Source: an uncultured bacterium
GTDB taxonomy: Bacteria > Verrucomicrobiota > Kiritimatiellia > CAIVKH01
Assembly (NCBI GenBank): GCA_937958885.1
Contig: CALGMT010000015.1
Location: 4,280 to 68,279 of the forward strand
DNA length: 64,000 nt
Reading direction: 5' to 3'
Shown: positions 60,979-64,000 of the stretch, piece by piece
Layout: each line of letters starts with the position of its first letter
Numbering within the stretch: position 1 is the first letter of the stretch
The notes under the pieces: generated by a model
Database searches by the model: none
The model's input: the letters and a program-made list of their open reading frames with translations, nothing else
What the model was told of the DNA's origin: nothing
Program-made: the position numbers and the translations under genes

Positions 60979-63663
60979 CTACTCTGCGATGATCCGCAGC
61001 GCTTCGCCGAATTCTCCCGCGGGATGCAGCCAGCCCCGCAGGGTCCACGCGCCGGGATCGGTCGGCGTCCACACCAGCGAGGCGCGCGCGCCCGGCGCGG
61101 TTTCGCGAACGGGCAGCATCTGGGTGCGCCCGGCGTCCGACCGCGCGCGGACCCAGACGGCGCCGACGTGACCGGTGATGGACGGCGACCATGTGGCGAC
61201 GCCGGTGTTCAGCCACTCAAGTTGAACCGGTTGTCGCGCGCGTCGGCGCAACGGTTCCGATTCCGGCGCCGGCTCCAGCCACTCCGCATTCACGTACGCC
61301 AGGGGCGCCGGCGCAGAGATTGGTTGATTGTCCAGGCCGGCCGCGGGGAGGTCGCGCGTGCCGCGCCCCCAGGCGGTCGGCCGCATTTCCTCGATCGTGT
61401 CCGCGCGCGCCTCATCGACATAGCGGTCGCCCCAGCTCCGCCACGCCGCGTCGGTTTCCGGCTCCGCTTCGCGCCCGCGCCAGACCGGCGTCGGCGCGGG
61501 TGCGCGCCGCCACTCGTGCACGCGACCGCGCAGTGCGTCGCCCCCGGGCCGCCAGCCCGTGTCGGGATTCACCAAGCCGATGTCGAGATCGGACGGCCCG
61601 CGCGGGCCGCCCGCGAGCGACGCATACATCAACCCCGCTGCACGCGCGCGCTGGAGCGCGCGTCCGGCGGCGCTCAACGCCTCCGCCTGACGCCGCAAGT
61701 CGTCGGCAGACGGAGGATAGGTCATCGGGGCGCCCGCGTGCCGCCACAACACAGGTTTGCCGCCCGCGGCCCCGCGGGCGTGCGCGGTGCGGAATTCCAA
61801 AAGCCCCGGCGCGGGCGGCTCCATGGCGGCGGGAATCGTGCGCGTGACGAAGTCGAGATGATGCGCGGGGGGCGGAAGCGGGTACTCGTCGCCGCCGATC
61901 GCGGTGAGGAGCGCGCCGTGCGCGCGCGTTTGAAGGAATCGGCGCGTATCGCGCATGCGGCGGCTCGTATGATCGTGAAGGAATCGCGCAATCGCGCGGC
62001 GCAGCGCCGGCGGCGTCTCAGCGGCGCGCGCGTGATCGGGATCCGGCAGCACGGCATCCGGATCGGCATTGAGCAGAAACTCCGCGTGCGCAGGGTCGCC
62101 GTACTGTTCCGCGATCCATGCCCGCCATGCGGCGCGGAGCGCGGTTCGGCTTCGCTCGTTATTCGGATCGATCGCGAGGTCGATGGCGACGGCGAACACG
62201 CGGTGTCCGCGCGAAAGGCGGAGCGCGGCGAGTTGGGCGTCGGCTTGCGCCCAATCGGGCGTCCACGGAGAGAGGGCCGGCATCCGAATCAGCGCCCACA
62301 ACTGCCGCGGCCGCATCTCGTCGAGCAGATGGCGCAGTTGCGGGGCTTGCGCGGGGGTCGTGTAGTCGAGTTCGACGAGGTTGAAGCCCGCCTCGCGGAA
62401 TAGATCGAGTTCGCGCAGCGCGCGGGCCATGTCGTAGCGATCGAGGTCGAGCGGGTTCCCCGGCGCGCCGGCGAAGACCGGATCGAAAGCCGCGCCGAAG
62501 AGCGCGAGCGGGCGTCGCCCGACGATGAAGCCCGCGCCGCGCACGCCGAGGCGCTCGTCGGAGGGGTCGTCCGCGGGGCGCTCGTCCGGCAGCAGGCGAA
62601 TGCGCTGGGTGAATTCATCGAGCGATTTCACGCCCGCGGCGTCGGTCAGCGAGAAGCGGATCCTCACGTCTTCCGCGCGGGCGATCGCGCGCGGCGCTGA
62701 GCCGAGAAAGAGCGAGGTGGAAACCATCGCGATGGGGCGTCGCGCGCGGTCGCCGTCGAGCGGCTCCGCCAGCCGGCGAGTGACGACCCCGGCATCGTTT
62801 TCCATCTCCACCGAAATCCGCCAAGGCCCGGCCGTCGGCGACGCGGCGGCGATGCGCAGCGGAATCTCGATCGAGTCCCCCGGGCTCATGGCCGCGCGAT
62901 CGATGCCGGCGTCGAGTATATACTGACGCTCGTATAATCTGCGCGCCGCGCGGCGGAGCAGTGCGCGTTGCGCGGCGGCATGCGCCGACGCGGGCGCCCA
63001 GCCGATCCAGCCCCACGCGCGGAGCGGCCCTTCGGCGGGCGCTTCAATCAATAGCGAGGCCGGCCATCCGCGCGGGTGGCCCGGGGGTTCGCGCGCCTCC
63101 GCGAGCGGAATCCAGCGCCGCATCTTGCCGGTCGCGCCCGTTGCCGTTTCCCGCGGGAACGGACTTTGGAATCGCAGCGCCCGCGGCGCCTGAAGCATGC
63201 CGCCGGAAAGCCCGCGAATTTCTCGGGCGTTCAGCGTGTAGTACTCGCGGAGCGGGCGCAGCATGGGCAGCGCCACGCCGTCGCCGCCGCCCGCGGGATC
63301 GAGGCCCCAGAAGAGGACGGGCCCGCCGCGCTGGATATGGCTTGCGAGCTGTTGCCAGTGCGCGGGAGTCAGCAGATGCATTTCGGGGACGACGAGCGCC
63401 GCGCCGTCCTGGCGAAGCCGCGGCCCGGCGGTAACCAGTTGCTCGACCCGAAGGCGACGCGCGTCCGGAAAAGCGGCGCGCAGGATCGATTCCGTGTCCG
63501 CGTGCATCGCGCCCTCGCCGGCTTGGAGGATGACAACCGCGTCGGGGTCCGGCGCGGGGCCCGCATCCCACGGTTCTTCTCGTGAAGAGCAGCCTGCGAG
63601 CATCAGCGCGCACAGCGCGGCAATAACCGCAACGCCGCCGGCGAATGAGCGCGCGTCCCGCAT
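60979..63663 (-). CDS. large lipoprotein with glycoside-hydrolase-like TIM-barrel region
   Basis: ATG 63663 gives the lipobox signal MRDARSFAGGVAVIAALCALMLAGC. The central region resembles GH5/GH42-type barrels (FNLVELDY...). The assignment is weak. Confidence 0.6.
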   Translation of the reverse strand: MRDARSFAGGVAVIAALCALMLAGCSSREEPWDAGPAPDPDAVVILQAGEGAMHADTESILRAAFPDARRLRVEQLVTAGPRLRQDGAALVVPEMHLLTPAHWQQLASHIQRGGPVLFWGLDPAGGGDGVALPMLRPLREYYTLNAREIRGLSGGMLQAPRALRFQSPFPRETATGATGKMRRWIPLAEAREPPGHPRGWPASLLIEAPAEGPLRAWGWIGWAPASAHAAAQRALLRRAARRLYERQYILDAGIDRAAMSPGDSIEIPLRIAAASPTAGPWRISVEMENDAGVVTRRLAEPLDGDRARRPIAMVSTSLFLGSAPRAIARAEDVRIRFSLTDAAGVKSLDEFTQRIRLLPDERPADDPSDERLGVRGAGFIVGRRPLALFGAAFDPVFAGAPGNPLDLDRYDMARALRELDLFREAGFNLVELDYTTPAQAPQLRHLLDEMRPRQLWALIRMPALSPWTPDWAQADAQLAALRLSRGHRVFAVAIDLAIDPNNERSRTALRAAWRAWIAEQYGDPAHAEFLLNADPDAVLPDPDHARAAETPPALRRAIARFLHDHTSRRMRDTRRFLQTRAHGALLTAIGGDEYPLPPPAHHLDFVTRTIPAAMEPPAPGLLEFRTAHARGAAGGKPVLWRHAGAPMTYPPSADDLRRQAEALSAAGRALQRARAAGLMYASLAGGPRGPSDLDIGLVNPDTGWRPGGDALRGRVHEWRRAPAPTPVWRGREAEPETDAAWRSWGDRYVDEARADTIEEMRPTAWGRGTRDLPAAGLDNQPISAPAPLAYVNAEWLEPAPESEPLRRRARQPVQLEWLNTGVATWSPSITGHVGAVWVRARSDAGRTQMLPVRETAPGARASLVWTPTDPGAWTLRGWLHPAGEFGEALRIIAE

Positions 63664-63664
63664 G

Positions 63665-64000
63665 TCAGCCTCGCCCATCGCGCGCGCCGCGATTGGCGGC
63701 TTTGACTTTGCCCGACAGGTCGCGCGCGAGGATCTTTTGCAATTTGACCAACAACAGCGGGTTGAGTTGTTCGAGCCGGATGAGCTTCTCCTGCGGCCAC
63801 GCGAGCAGCCGCACGGCGCCGTCGGCAATCACATCGGCGGAGGCCGCATCGCCGGTGACAAAGCTCATCTCCGCGACAAACGATCCGCGTCCGAGCCGCG
63901 CCAGGACGACGCTGTCGTTGCGGACCACGACTTCGCCGTCGAGCAGCAACACGAGCTCGTGCTGTTTCTCGCCCGCGCGAATGAGCTGGCGCCCGTCCAC
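63665..64000 (-). CDS. cyclic nucleotide-binding domain protein (C-terminal part; gene continues beyond the window)
   Basis: IRAGEKQHELVLLLDGEVVV...LGRGSFVAEMSF matches the cNMP-binding beta-barrel. Truncated by the window edge. Confidence 0.75.
   Translation of the reverse strand: MDGRQLIRAGEKQHELVLLLDGEVVVRNDSVVLARLGRGSFVAEMSFVTGDAASADVIADGAVRLLAWPQEKLIRLEQLNPLLLVKLQKILARDLSGKVKAANRGARDGRG

Overview
GC-rich bacterial chromosomal segment. The 16S sequence and the gene content (a PEP-CTERM protein, a prepilin-type pseudopilin, many secreted CAZyme-like proteins) suggest a PVC-superphylum, Verrucomicrobiota-like organism; this is inference only. Most of the window is housekeeping: tgt, rdgB, hemH, a long minus-strand run (small Cys protein, prfA, prmC, Zn-finger membrane protein, ffh, rpsP, KH protein, trmD), serS, tyrS, rpsA, pyrF, pgsA, icd, dapF, mazG and an RND efflux pair. 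There is one complete minus-strand rrn operon (16S, tRNA-Ala, tRNA-Ile, 23S, 5S) with a terminator and candidate UP-element promoters. Unusual patches: (i) 50.8-53.2 kb holds a translationally coupled small ORF, an HPr-kinase-like kinase and a nucleotidyltransferase::PqqD-like fusion. This is an orphan RiPP-style peptide-modification cassette next to a lower-GC PEP-CTERM gene and a MITE-like element, and it is my best candidate for an undescribed system. (ii) 30.1-33.3 kb, beside tRNA-Ser, holds a secreted triple-HKD PLD/Nuc-like protein whose 5' end carries (CACGTCAG)x4, plus remnants of a RayT/IS200-like REPtron and of an IS110 transposase. (iii) REP-like GGGGTCAGTCC palindromes are dispersed through the window, including a perfect 26-bp inverted repeat bracketing pgsA-icd. 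(iv) An AT-rich 31-bp tandem motif occurs at two distant intergenic sites. (v) A UbiA (DPPR-synthase-like) gene is coupled to a GT-C glycosyltransferase gene. (vi) A cluster combines a PP2C sensor phosphatase, two GT4 genes, an FHA protein and a pseudopilin. Many long ORFs in the six-frame track are antisense or wrong-frame shadows typical of high-GC DNA and were not called. Several starts were moved to internal ATG/GTG codons; these starts are inferred, not verified.
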